DNA of 64,000 nt from contig JBBDWL010000129.1 in NCBI GenBank assembly GCA_040902895.1, positions 6,913 through 70,912 on the forward strand, given 5' to 3'. Below are positions 27,779 to 34,564 of the stretch, piece by piece. How positions within the stretch are numbered: the stretch's first letter is position 1; every line of letters begins with the position of its first letter. The notes under the pieces were generated by a model. That model did no database searches, was not told the DNA's origin, and was given only the letters and a program-made list of their open reading frames with translations. The position numbers and the translations under genes were made by a program. The stretch comes from Vicinamibacterales bacterium. Lineage in GTDB: Bacteria; Acidobacteriota; Vicinamibacteria; Vicinamibacterales; SCN-69-37.

Positions 27779-29458
27779 ATGAACAAGGAGATGATCGTCT
27801 CCTCGAACCCGCACGAGACGCGTGTGGCGATTCTCGAGGACGACCTGGTTGCCGAGATCTTCGTCGAGCGCGAGCATCAGCGCGGCGTGGTTGGCAACAT
27901 CTACAAGGGCCGGGTCTCGAAAGTGCTGCCCGGCATGCAGTCGGCGTTCGTTGACATCGGTCTCGAGCGCGACGCCTTCCTCTATGTCACCGACGTCATC
28001 AGCCCGGCCGACGCCGTCGAGCGCTTCGAAACCGACGAAGAACTCGAGCCGGTGATTGCGCCGACGCCCGCCGAGATGGAGGCGGCCGATGAAGCGCAGG
28101 ACGCGGCCGAGGAGTCGGAGCCGCCGGAGGTCGCACAGCCGGCACAGCCGGCGCCGCGCGCGCGCAGCGCGCGCCGCGAGGGAGCTGAGCGGGGTGCTGG
28201 GGCCCCGCGAGCGACCGAGCCGGGGTTCGGGGCGGAGCCCCGTAGAAAGATCGAGGAGCTGCTCAAGGAAGGGCAGGAGATCCTCGTCCAGATCGTCAAG
28301 GAGCCGCTCGGCACCAAGGGCGCGCGCATCACCTCGCATCTCAGCCTGCCGGGCCGCTTCCTCGTCTTCATGCCGACCGTCGATCACGTCGGCGTCTCGC
28401 GCAAGATCGAGTCGCGCGAGGAGCGCGCGCGGCTGCGCGGCCTCGTGAAGACCTTCCGGCAGGAGCACGACTTCGGCGGCGGCGTGATCATCCGCACCGC
28501 GGCGGCGAGCCGTCCCGAGGCCGACATCAACTCGGACCTCGGCTACTTCCACGAGATCTGGAAAGAGATTCGCGTGAAGATGGAGAGCTCGCGCGCGCCC
28601 GCGGTGATCTTCCGCGAGCAGAGCCTGGTCGCCAAGCTGCTGCGCGATCTGCTCACCGAACAATACTCCGCGATTCGCATCGACAACGAGGCCGAATACC
28701 GCCGCGTCGTGGCGCTCATCGAGCGCTTCATGCCGAACATGCTGCCGCGCATCAAACACTACACGCGCGACTTTCCGATCTTCGAGGAGTACGGCGTGCA
28801 GGGCGAGATCGACAAGGCCCTGCGCAGCAAGGTGTGGCTCAAGTCGGGCGGCTACATCGTGATCAACCAGACGGAGGCCCTCGTCGCGATCGACGTCAAC
28901 ACGGGGCGCTACGTCGGCAAGAAGACCGGTCGGCTCGAAGACACCATCCTCAAAACCAATCTCGAAGCGGTGAAGGAGATCGTGCGCCAGATCCGACTGC
29001 GCGATCTGGGCGGCATCATCGTGCTCGATCTGATCGACATGGAGGAGAAGAAGAATCGCCTCAAGGTGTTTCAGGCGGTCGAGCAGGAGCTGCGCAAGGA
29101 CCGCGCGCCGTCGAAGGCCATCCAGGTCTCCGACTTCGGCCTCGTCATCGTCACGCGCAAGCGCGTCAAGCAGAGCCTCGAGCGGCAGCTCACCGAGCCG
29201 TGCCCGTACTGCGCCGGCTCGGGCACGATCAAGGCGACGTCGATGATCTGCTACGAGATTCTGACCGAGGTGCGGAAGATGAGCCCCGATCTCGACGGCC
29301 AGGGCCTCGTGCTGCGCGTGAACCCCGACATCGCGCGCGCGCTGCGCGAGGAAGAGCGCCTGCTGTTCCGCGAGCTGCAGGACTCAGTCGGCAAGGCCGT
29401 CACGCTCAAGTCAGACGGGCAGCTCCATCACGAACAGTTTGATCTGATGGCACTCTGA
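27779..29458 (+). CDS. rng: Ribonuclease G (Rne/Rng family) with a long insertion after the S1 domain
   Basis: Started at MNKEMIVSSNPHETRVAILEDD. The S1 domain reads GNIYKGRVSKVLPGMQSAFVDIG. The catalytic core includes GQEILVQIVKEPLGTKGARITSHLSLPGRFLVFMP, ALVAIDVNTG and CPYCAGSG. The position after mreBCD-mrdA-rodA supports the call. Confidence 0.9.
   Translation: MNKEMIVSSNPHETRVAILEDDLVAEIFVEREHQRGVVGNIYKGRVSKVLPGMQSAFVDIGLERDAFLYVTDVISPADAVERFETDEELEPVIAPTPAEMEAADEAQDAAEESEPPEVAQPAQPAPRARSARREGAERGAGAPRATEPGFGAEPRRKIEELLKEGQEILVQIVKEPLGTKGARITSHLSLPGRFLVFMPTVDHVGVSRKIESREERARLRGLVKTFRQEHDFGGGVIIRTAAASRPEADINSDLGYFHEIWKEIRVKMESSRAPAVIFREQSLVAKLLRDLLTEQYSAIRIDNEAEYRRVVALIERFMPNMLPRIKHYTRDFPIFEEYGVQGEIDKALRSKVWLKSGGYIVINQTEALVAIDVNTGRYVGKKTGRLEDTILKTNLEAVKEIVRQIRLRDLGGIIVLDLIDMEEKKNRLKVFQAVEQELRKDRAPSKAIQVSDFGLVIVTRKRVKQSLERQLTEPCPYCAGSGTIKATSMICYEILTEVRKMSPDLDGQGLVLRVNPDIARALREEERLLFRELQDSVGKAVTLKSDGQLHHEQFDLMAL
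28178..28245 (+). repeat. GC-rich dispersed element, copy B (inside the rng coding sequence, in frame)
   Basis: GAGGGAGCTGAGCGGGGTGCTGGGGCCCCGCGAGCGACCGAGCCGGGGTTCGGGGCGGAGCCCCGTAG. The 5' two-thirds are near-identical to copies A, C and D, while the 3' hairpin is a variant (GGGGC GGA GCCCC). It is translated as EGAERGAGAPRATEPGFGAEPR. Confidence 0.75.
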
Positions 29459-29468
29459 TCAGCCCAAT

Positions 29469-29595
29469 GTAAATTGTAAATGGTAAATAGCATTGTCTAT
29501 TGGGCTATTGCTGCCGCTTCAGTGAAGCACAACAGCGCCACAGCGTAACGTCGCAATTGCAAAATTTACAATGCTATTTACCATTTACAATTTAC
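29469..29595. repeat. Perfect 28-bp AT-rich inverted repeat with a 71-nt spacer, in the rng 3' region
   Basis: Arm 1 (29469-29496) is GTAAATTGTAAATGGTAAATAGCATTGT. Arm 2 (29568-29595) is ACAATGCTATTTACCATTTACAATTTAC, its exact reverse complement. Each arm is itself three GTAAATN heptamers. A nested alternative stem is AGCCCAAT (29461-68) with ATTGGGCT (29499-506). This is the most AT-rich stretch I noticed in the window. Confidence 0.9.
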
Positions 29596-29619
29596 CTTTC
29601 TGATTGTTGGTTTAAGAAC

Positions 29620-29647
29620 AAAAGGCCGGCAGGAAGCCGGCCTTTTG
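29620..29647. terminator. Bidirectional rho-independent terminator
   Basis: ACAAAA GGCCGGC AGGAA GCCGGCC TTTTG: a 7-bp GC stem and 5-nt loop, with an A-tract upstream and a T-tract downstream. It lies between convergent rng (+) and the 29676..30188 gene (-). Confidence 0.8.
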
Positions 29648-29675
29648 ATTGTCTATTGAACGTTCTAGCCCCCCG

Positions 29676-30188
29676 CTAGTTCCCCTTGCCCTGATTCCGT
29701 GGCACGAGATGCACCAGGTAGTGGTTGCCGCCGCGGTTGATCCAGACGCGCACGAACTCGTTGTTGCGGAGCATCTCGACCTTGCTCCGGTTCAGGCCGG
29801 GCCGCGGGTCGTTGGCTACGCCCGCGATCTCGGGGGCGGGCACGATGCTGACGACTTCCTTGCCCTTCACGGCTCCGCCCTGGGAGAACTCGACCCAGCG
29901 CTCGTAATGTTCGGTGATGCCCGCGGCCGGCGGCTGTCCCTCGGCCGGCGTCAGTTTCACCGAGTACGTGCCGGCCGGCAGCGCCTCGCCGTTCGCCATG
30001 GTGTTGTGGCGGATGCGCACGGTGCCGAGTGCGAGCTCGCCCATCGGCACCGGCGGCGGCGTGGCCGCTCCCGTGCCGCCCACCTCGCCGGTGCGCGCCG
30101 GATTGCCGCCCGTCGTCTGTTGCTGTGCGAGAGCCGTCGTGGCTCCCAGAGTCGCAACCAGTGCTGCGACGATAAATCGGGTTCTCAT
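29676..30188 (-). CDS. Secreted hypothetical protein (170 aa)
   Basis: Signal peptide MRTRFIVAALVATLGATTALAQQ followed by a Gly/Pro-rich linker. I recognise no family. It lies 14 nt downstream of the beta-barrel gene. Confidence 0.65.
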   Translation of the reverse strand: MRTRFIVAALVATLGATTALAQQQTTGGNPARTGEVGGTGAATPPPVPMGELALGTVRIRHNTMANGEALPAGTYSVKLTPAEGQPPAAGITEHYERWVEFSQGGAVKGKEVVSIVPAPEIAGVANDPRPGLNRSKVEMLRNNEFVRVWINRGGNHYLVHLVPRNQGKGN

Positions 30189-30201
30189 GTCGTCTGCCTC
30201 C

Positions 30202-30747
30202 TCAGAAGAACTTCTTCACACCGGCGGTCAGTGAGATCCCCGAGGGATCCGGCCGGCCGTCGTCCACTGCCACCCAGTCGTAGCGTCCCTCGAACTTCAG
30301 TGCGGCAGTTCGAGTGACGAAGTAGTCGATCCCGGCCCCGAACGTGAGGCCCGATTTGTTCTCGCTTTCGCCGAAATTCTCGCCGTTTTCCTTCGGCTGC
30401 AGGAACCAGACGCCCGCGCCGCCGCTGACGAAGGGGTGCACCTTGCCGTACTCCCAGTTGTAAAGCAGATCGAGCGCGAGCTTGATCTGACGCTGTGAGT
30501 CTTCTTCGTTGCGCTCGAACGCGGGATTGGCCCAGCCCAGCGTCGTGCGAACGCCGACGCGGGGTGTCAGATAGTACTCCCACAGTCCATTGACGATCGG
30601 CCCGGGCTCGAGTTGATCCCCGGGGAACAGTATCCCGGCGTCGACCCCGACCGCCATCATCTGTGAGTCAGGAACCCGCGCCTGTGCGAACACCGGGGCG
30701 GCATTGATGAGAACCGCCGCCAATGTCAATCCTGCAAGCTTCTGCAT
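30202..30747 (-). CDS. Small outer-membrane beta-barrel protein (OmpW/OMP_b-brl-like)
   Basis: Started at MQKLAGLTLAAVLINAAPVFAQA, an internal Met of ORF 30202..30873. It shows an alternating beta pattern with aromatic girdle residues and the C-terminal signature ..SLTAGVKKFF. Confidence 0.75.
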   Translation of the reverse strand: MQKLAGLTLAAVLINAAPVFAQARVPDSQMMAVGVDAGILFPGDQLEPGPIVNGLWEYYLTPRVGVRTTLGWANPAFERNEEDSQRQIKLALDLLYNWEYGKVHPFVSGGAGVWFLQPKENGENFGESENKSGLTFGAGIDYFVTRTAALKFEGRYDWVAVDDGRPDPSGISLTAGVKKFF

Positions 30748-30854
30748 CCTCTGATTGGCCTCCGTGCGTGGGGAGTCAGATTTGGACACCCGTAGCAATG
30801 ACGGGTCGTGTAGCAAACATCGCGCCGCACCAGCTGGCCGCTGCCGGCGGGAGG

Positions 30855-30961
30855 ACTGAAGACAAAGACACAAAGATCAAAGCAAAAAAGGGGTCCGGCG
30901 GCTGAGCTTAGCCGTCGGGCCCCTTCTTTGTTCAGTCTTCGATCTTTAGTCTTTGGTCCTA
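30855..30961. repeat. Heptad-repeat arms flanking the terminator hairpin
   Basis: Left arm: GAAGA CAAAGACA CAAAGAT CAAAGCA AAAAAG (about 30858-30889). Right arm: AGTCTTC GATCTTT AGTCTTT GGTCCTA (30934-30961), which has an exact 7-nt phase and overlaps the stop codon at 30959-61. The two arms are roughly reverse-complementary. Confidence 0.65.
30884..30930. terminator. Rho-independent terminator (bidirectional) downstream of the DUF4097 gene
   Basis: AAAAAA GGGGTCCGGCGGC TGAGCTTA GCCGTCGGGCCCC TTCTTTG. The 13-bp stem is perfect with G-U pairs on the + strand and pairs 11/13 on the - strand. The - strand reads ..GGACCCC UUUUUUG. Confidence 0.75.
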
Positions 30962-32017
30962 ACGGCCGTTAATTACCACGTCTCCGGAAAAACTGGTGGC
31001 CTCGATGCGGGCGCGACCGTCGCCGTACGTGCCGCGAATGGTGCGGTTGCGGCGCCCGGTCCTGCTGTCGACGCGCAGCTGCTGAAGGCCCGACCGCACT
31101 TCACCAGAGAAGCTCGACGCCTCGATCTCGAAGCCCACGCCCGTGCCGACGGTCAGCCGCACATTGCCTGAATGGCTGCGGAAATCGTACCGGCCGGCCG
31201 GCGTGAGCGATCCGGTGTACTCGACGTTGCCGCTCATCGTATGCAGGTCGGCCTGGTCGCACTGCAGATCGCGCGCGATGATAGATCCGCTGATCGATCC
31301 GAGATCGATGCGCCGCACTTTGATTCCGCGCGCGTGCACGTTGCCGCTGGTGCTCGAGAGCTCGACGACGGCATCATCCTGCGCCGACACCAGCTCCACG
31401 TTGCCCGAGATGGTCTGGCCATTGATGACGCGGCCGGCATCCTGAATGCGAATGTCGCCGCTGATGGTGCCCAGCGCAAGCTCGCCGCGGATGCCCGAGA
31501 CCGTGACACGTCCGGAGATGCTGTCGGTCTTGATGCGCGTGCCGGCAGGCGCCGTCACGCGATAGGCGGTCGACACGTTGATGTTGCGCCGCGTGGTGCG
31601 GCGTCGATCGTCTGGATAGCGCGCCCACACCTCGACGCGGCCCGCGCGCTCGATGACGTCCACCGGAACGAGCGCGAGCTGCGCGCGTGCATCGGCGTCG
31701 CTGGTGCCGCGGGCAGTCTTCAAGATGTCAATCGTCGCCGTGTCGCCGCCGCCGGCCGCCACGGTGATGTCGCCGGCCATGTTATGGAGCTCCAGTGAGC
31801 CGCCGGCGCCAATTTTCACGGTGCGTGTCTGCCGCTCGGTTTGCTCGAAACGGTTCTCGCCGCGGTCGCGCTGATAGCGCATGACACGCGACGTCGGCAC
31901 GGCCGCCCGGGCAGCGGACTCCTGCGTGCCGGCAAAGGCCAGAGCCGGCGCCGCGGGTAGCATGGCGCCCGCGAGCATGATGAGCGCCGCGGCGTGTCGT
32001 GTCTGGATCATGGTCAA
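30959..32017 (-). CDS. DUF4097-family beta-strand repeat protein (putative adhesin-like), secreted
   Basis: 352 aa with a signal peptide. Repeated motifs are SGxV/SGNV/SGDI..V (ISGRVTVSG, ISGDIRIQD, ISGNVELVS, TSGNVHARG, ISGSIIARD, MSGNVEYTG, HSGNVRLTV, FSGEVRS, FSGDVVING). It lies 15 nt downstream of the anti-sigma gene. Confidence 0.8.
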   Translation of the reverse strand: MTMIQTRHAAALIMLAGAMLPAAPALAFAGTQESAARAAVPTSRVMRYQRDRGENRFEQTERQTRTVKIGAGGSLELHNMAGDITVAAGGGDTATIDILKTARGTSDADARAQLALVPVDVIERAGRVEVWARYPDDRRRTTRRNINVSTAYRVTAPAGTRIKTDSISGRVTVSGIRGELALGTISGDIRIQDAGRVINGQTISGNVELVSAQDDAVVELSSTSGNVHARGIKVRRIDLGSISGSIIARDLQCDQADLHTMSGNVEYTGSLTPAGRYDFRSHSGNVRLTVGTGVGFEIEASSFSGEVRSGLQQLRVDSRTGRRNRTIRGTYGDGRARIEATSFSGDVVINGR

Positions 32018-32031
32018 CCTGTCCCTCGGTG

Positions 32032-32793
32032 CTAGCCGCCGGCCAGGCGCGATGCGCCGGCCTGGTTTCCGCGGCCGATCTCGCTCACGAGCGAGATCGT
32101 GTTCTGCAACAGGGCCGCTTTCCTGCGCAGGGCTTCAAAAAGGCTTTCACGCGCGACCGCGCTGTTCGGCTGCGACTGCATCGCAGCGCGGCTTTCCCCA
32201 ATCGCCTCATCGATCACTTCGAGATTGCGATCCAGCATCGCGGCCACCTGCGGCTCGAGCAGATCCTTCTGGCTCGCGGCCGCTTTTTCGAGTCCTTCGA
32301 TCGCACGCATGTACAGCTGCTCGGCCGCCTGAATGTCTCTCTGTGCGGTTTCGACGAGCGGTTCTGCGCTCGCGTTGCCCGCGCGTTCGGCGGCGGAGGC
32401 GCGTGGGAGCAGGACGCCGGTGCCGCCATCGACGGCGCTCGTCGCGCGCCAGGCGATCCACCCGCCGCCGGCAGCCACGGCAAACACGGCCGCCGCGACG
32501 AGGAGATGCCAGCGAGGGCGTCGCGCACGCGGCGCGGTCCCGGCAGCCTGATACCGAGCGATCAGATCAGTGTTGTCGTGGCGCCACCGGCCCGCCACCT
32601 GCAGCCATACATGCGCCGGGGGCTCGATGGGTTTCACCGCGGCGGCCGCGTCGACGATCGCCGCGAGATCCGCCGCCAGGCCGCGGCACGATGCGCAATC
32701 CGCGAGATGGCGATCCATCTCACGCGCGATCACCGGATCGAGCGCGCCGTCCATCTGCTCCTGCAGCCGCTCGTGTGTCACTTCGCAAGTCAT
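32032..32793 (-). CDS. Anti-sigma factor (zf-HC2, single-pass membrane)
   Basis: 253 aa. The N-terminal HLADCASCRGL matches the H-x3-C-x2-C zinc motif. A TM helix reads WHLLVAAAVFAVAAGGGWIAW. It lies 4 nt downstream of the ECF sigma gene. Confidence 0.8.
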   Translation of the reverse strand: MTCEVTHERLQEQMDGALDPVIAREMDRHLADCASCRGLAADLAAIVDAAAAVKPIEPPAHVWLQVAGRWRHDNTDLIARYQAAGTAPRARRPRWHLLVAAAVFAVAAGGGWIAWRATSAVDGGTGVLLPRASAAERAGNASAEPLVETAQRDIQAAEQLYMRAIEGLEKAAASQKDLLEPQVAAMLDRNLEVIDEAIGESRAAMQSQPNSAVARESLFEALRRKAALLQNTISLVSEIGRGNQAGASRLAGG

Positions 32794-32796
32794 GGT

Positions 32797-33384
32797 TTAT
32801 ACGGTTTGCGGCCCCAACAATTTTCGCAGCTTCAGCCGCGCTTTGTGCACCTGCGATTTCGAGGTGCCTTCCGAAATCCCCAGCATCGATCCCACCTCGC
32901 CATGCTCGAAGCCTTCGACATCGTGCAGCAGAAACGCCGCGCGGCAGCCGTCAGGCAGCCGCGCGATGGCGCGCTCGAGATCGATCTGATGCACGGCGCC
33001 GACCGCCGGTCCAGACGAGGGCGAGACCGGCTCGATCGCGTTGTCGTCTTCGAGCGATGTCGTGGCCTGCGTCATGCGCGACGATTTGCTGCGCAGATGA
33101 TCGAGGCACAGATTGGTCGCGAGCCGGAACAACCACGTGCTCAGCCGCGCATCCCCCCGATAACTCTTCAGCTTGCGATGGGCCGTCAGGAAAATATCCT
33201 GCAGCATGTCTTCGGCCTCGGTTCGATTGCCCAGCATCCGGACGCTCAGGCCGAACAGCCGCGACGAATGCTCACGATAAAGCGCCTCGAACGCCTCGAA
33301 ATCGCCCGCCTGGCAGCGCTCCGCCAATGCGAGGTCATCCTGATAGACCGTTCCGATCACGCTCGAATCCTTAGACGGGATCAT
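32797..33384 (-). CDS. ECF-type RNA polymerase sigma factor (sigma-70 family)
   Basis: The ORF is 32797..33414; I start at the internal Met (MIPSKDSS). Region 2 reads FEALYREHSSRLFGLSVRMLGNRTEAEDMLQDIFLTAHRKL. Region 4 reads CRAAFLLHDVEGFEHGEVGSMLGISEGTSKSQVHKARLKLRKLL. Confidence 0.9.
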   Translation of the reverse strand: MIPSKDSSVIGTVYQDDLALAERCQAGDFEAFEALYREHSSRLFGLSVRMLGNRTEAEDMLQDIFLTAHRKLKSYRGDARLSTWLFRLATNLCLDHLRSKSSRMTQATTSLEDDNAIEPVSPSSGPAVGAVHQIDLERAIARLPDGCRAAFLLHDVEGFEHGEVGSMLGISEGTSKSQVHKARLKLRKLLGPQTV

Positions 33385-33401
33385 GGGGGTGCCGCGTTGC
33401 C

Positions 33402-33704
33402 TCAACGCGTCCACCGCGCCTGGCCGAAGCCGCGGACCCTCCCGTTGATGACGATGAGGCCCTCGGCCCGCAGGCGTTGGGCCTTCAGGTGGGGATCATG
33501 GCCGAATCCGCCGAGCCGGCCACCCGCCGCGATCACGCGATGCGCGGGCACTGACGGATCGTCGAGCAGGCGCATGATCGTGCCCACGGCGCGGTGCGCG
33601 CGCGGCCGTCCGGCCATGGCTGCCACGTCACCGTAGGTCGCCACCCGCCCGCGCGGAATCTTCCGCACGACCGTGTGCACCCGGGACCTGAATTCTGAAT
33701 TCAC
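33402..33704 (-). CDS. MGMT-family DNA-binding protein lacking the acceptor cysteine (alkyltransferase-like, ATL)
   Basis: 100 aa: VRKIPRGRVATYGDVAAMAGRPRAHRAVGTIM....VPAHRVIAAGGRLGGFG. The fold motifs of the O6-alkylguanine alkyltransferase C-domain are present, but the PCHR site reads PAHR. Confidence 0.8.
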   Translation of the reverse strand: MNSEFRSRVHTVVRKIPRGRVATYGDVAAMAGRPRAHRAVGTIMRLLDDPSVPAHRVIAAGGRLGGFGHDPHLKAQRLRAEGLIVINGRVRGFGQARWTR

Positions 33705-33710
33705 TGATGG

Positions 33711-33804
33711 GAAATTCTACCCGGCTTATTTTCCCGTCCTTCGAGTCATCTCGCGCGGTTGTGTCATGACTCTTTGGACACAAAAATAAGCCGGGTAGAA
33801 TTTC
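33711..33804. repeat. Perfect 22-bp inverted repeat with a nested 7-bp hairpin, between the beta-barrel gene stop and the ATL gene start
   Basis: The arms are GAAATTCTACCCGGCTTATTTT and AAAATAAGCCGGGTAGAATTTC, separated by about 50 nt. The spacer holds GAGTCAT..ATGACTC. The distal arm overlaps the stop codon at 33803-05. The proximal arm ends about 7 nt from the ATL GTG start. My nucleotide count here disagreed with the ORF track by 1, so I calibrated to the track; coordinates are +/-1-2 nt. Confidence 0.8.
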
Positions 33805-34564
33805 AGAAAATTATGCGAAGTCCCAGCCCGGCCTGCACGCCGCCGACGGTGACGTTCACGTCGCGGTCGCCCGGTGTGAAGGGCAGCGTCGCCTGGGTGT
33901 ACCGCACGATCGCGCCTGCGCCCAGCGATCGCGAGAAGCGCCACGACACATCCAGGCTCGCGTTGAAGCCGAGGCCCGACGCCGACTCGTTGTCGATATC
34001 GACGCCGCGGAACGTCGCCTCGTCGAACGGATACGCGTGATCGTACAGAACGTCGTTCACGAAACTCTGCTCGACCTGAAAGAACGTGGCACCGGCCCCA
34101 ATCACCGCCTGGATGGTGCGCCGCACCGGCACGAAGTAAAGGAGGTTGCCGTGGATCGTCGTTTCTTTGCGCCTCAGCCCAGCGTCGCCCGTGACTTCCC
34201 GATGCTTGTTGAAATCCAGCGGGTGCGGAATCCGCGCGGTGACGCGGCCGCCGTTGCGCAACGGCGCGGCGTACGTCGAAATGCCGGCGCCGATGCCGAT
34301 GTTGCGCCACAGGCGGACGCCGCCCGAGCCGTCGAGCGCCAGCGCCGGCGTGGCGTCGAACATCGTCTCGATCGCGCCCGTTTCGACGAACTCCTCGAAC
34401 TCGACCCGTTCGGTGAAGGAGCTCGTCGTGGCCTGAAAAACGCCGTTCACGGACAGGAACCCGCGCGTGGCCGCCGGCGCCTGAAAGCGGCCTTGTGCAG
34501 CGGCGTCCGTGCACGCGAGGCCGGTCAGGCCCGCCGCCAGGCACGCGGCAATGGTGATTCTCAC
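33803..34564 (-). CDS. Outer-membrane beta-barrel protein (hypothetical)
   Basis: 253 aa with signal peptide MRITIAACLAAGLTGLACTDAAAQG. It shows alternating beta strands and the C-terminal signature GLGLRIIF. GTG start, with a 4-nt overlap with the M4 peptidase gene. Confidence 0.7.
   Translation of the reverse strand: MRITIAACLAAGLTGLACTDAAAQGRFQAPAATRGFLSVNGVFQATTSSFTERVEFEEFVETGAIETMFDATPALALDGSGGVRLWRNIGIGAGISTYAAPLRNGGRVTARIPHPLDFNKHREVTGDAGLRRKETTIHGNLLYFVPVRRTIQAVIGAGATFFQVEQSFVNDVLYDHAYPFDEATFRGVDIDNESASGLGFNASLDVSWRFSRSLGAGAIVRYTQATLPFTPGDRDVNVTVGGVQAGLGLRIIF

Noticed and set aside
26972-28759. 595-aa ORF on the minus strand
   Set aside because: It is antisense to rodA and rng, with Arg-rich composition and no motifs.
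29469-29595. Interpreting the 28-bp inverted repeat as the ends of an IS or MITE
   Set aside because: No flanking target-site duplication is visible (AGCCCAAT vs CTTTCTGA), there is no transposase, and no second copy occurs in the window. I keep it as a structured element and leave MITE status open pending a genome-wide search.
31881-33636. Two overlapping long plus-strand ORFs (497 and 545 aa)
   Set aside because: They are antisense to the DUF4097, anti-sigma, ECF sigma and ATL genes, and their translations are dominated by Arg, Pro and Ala.
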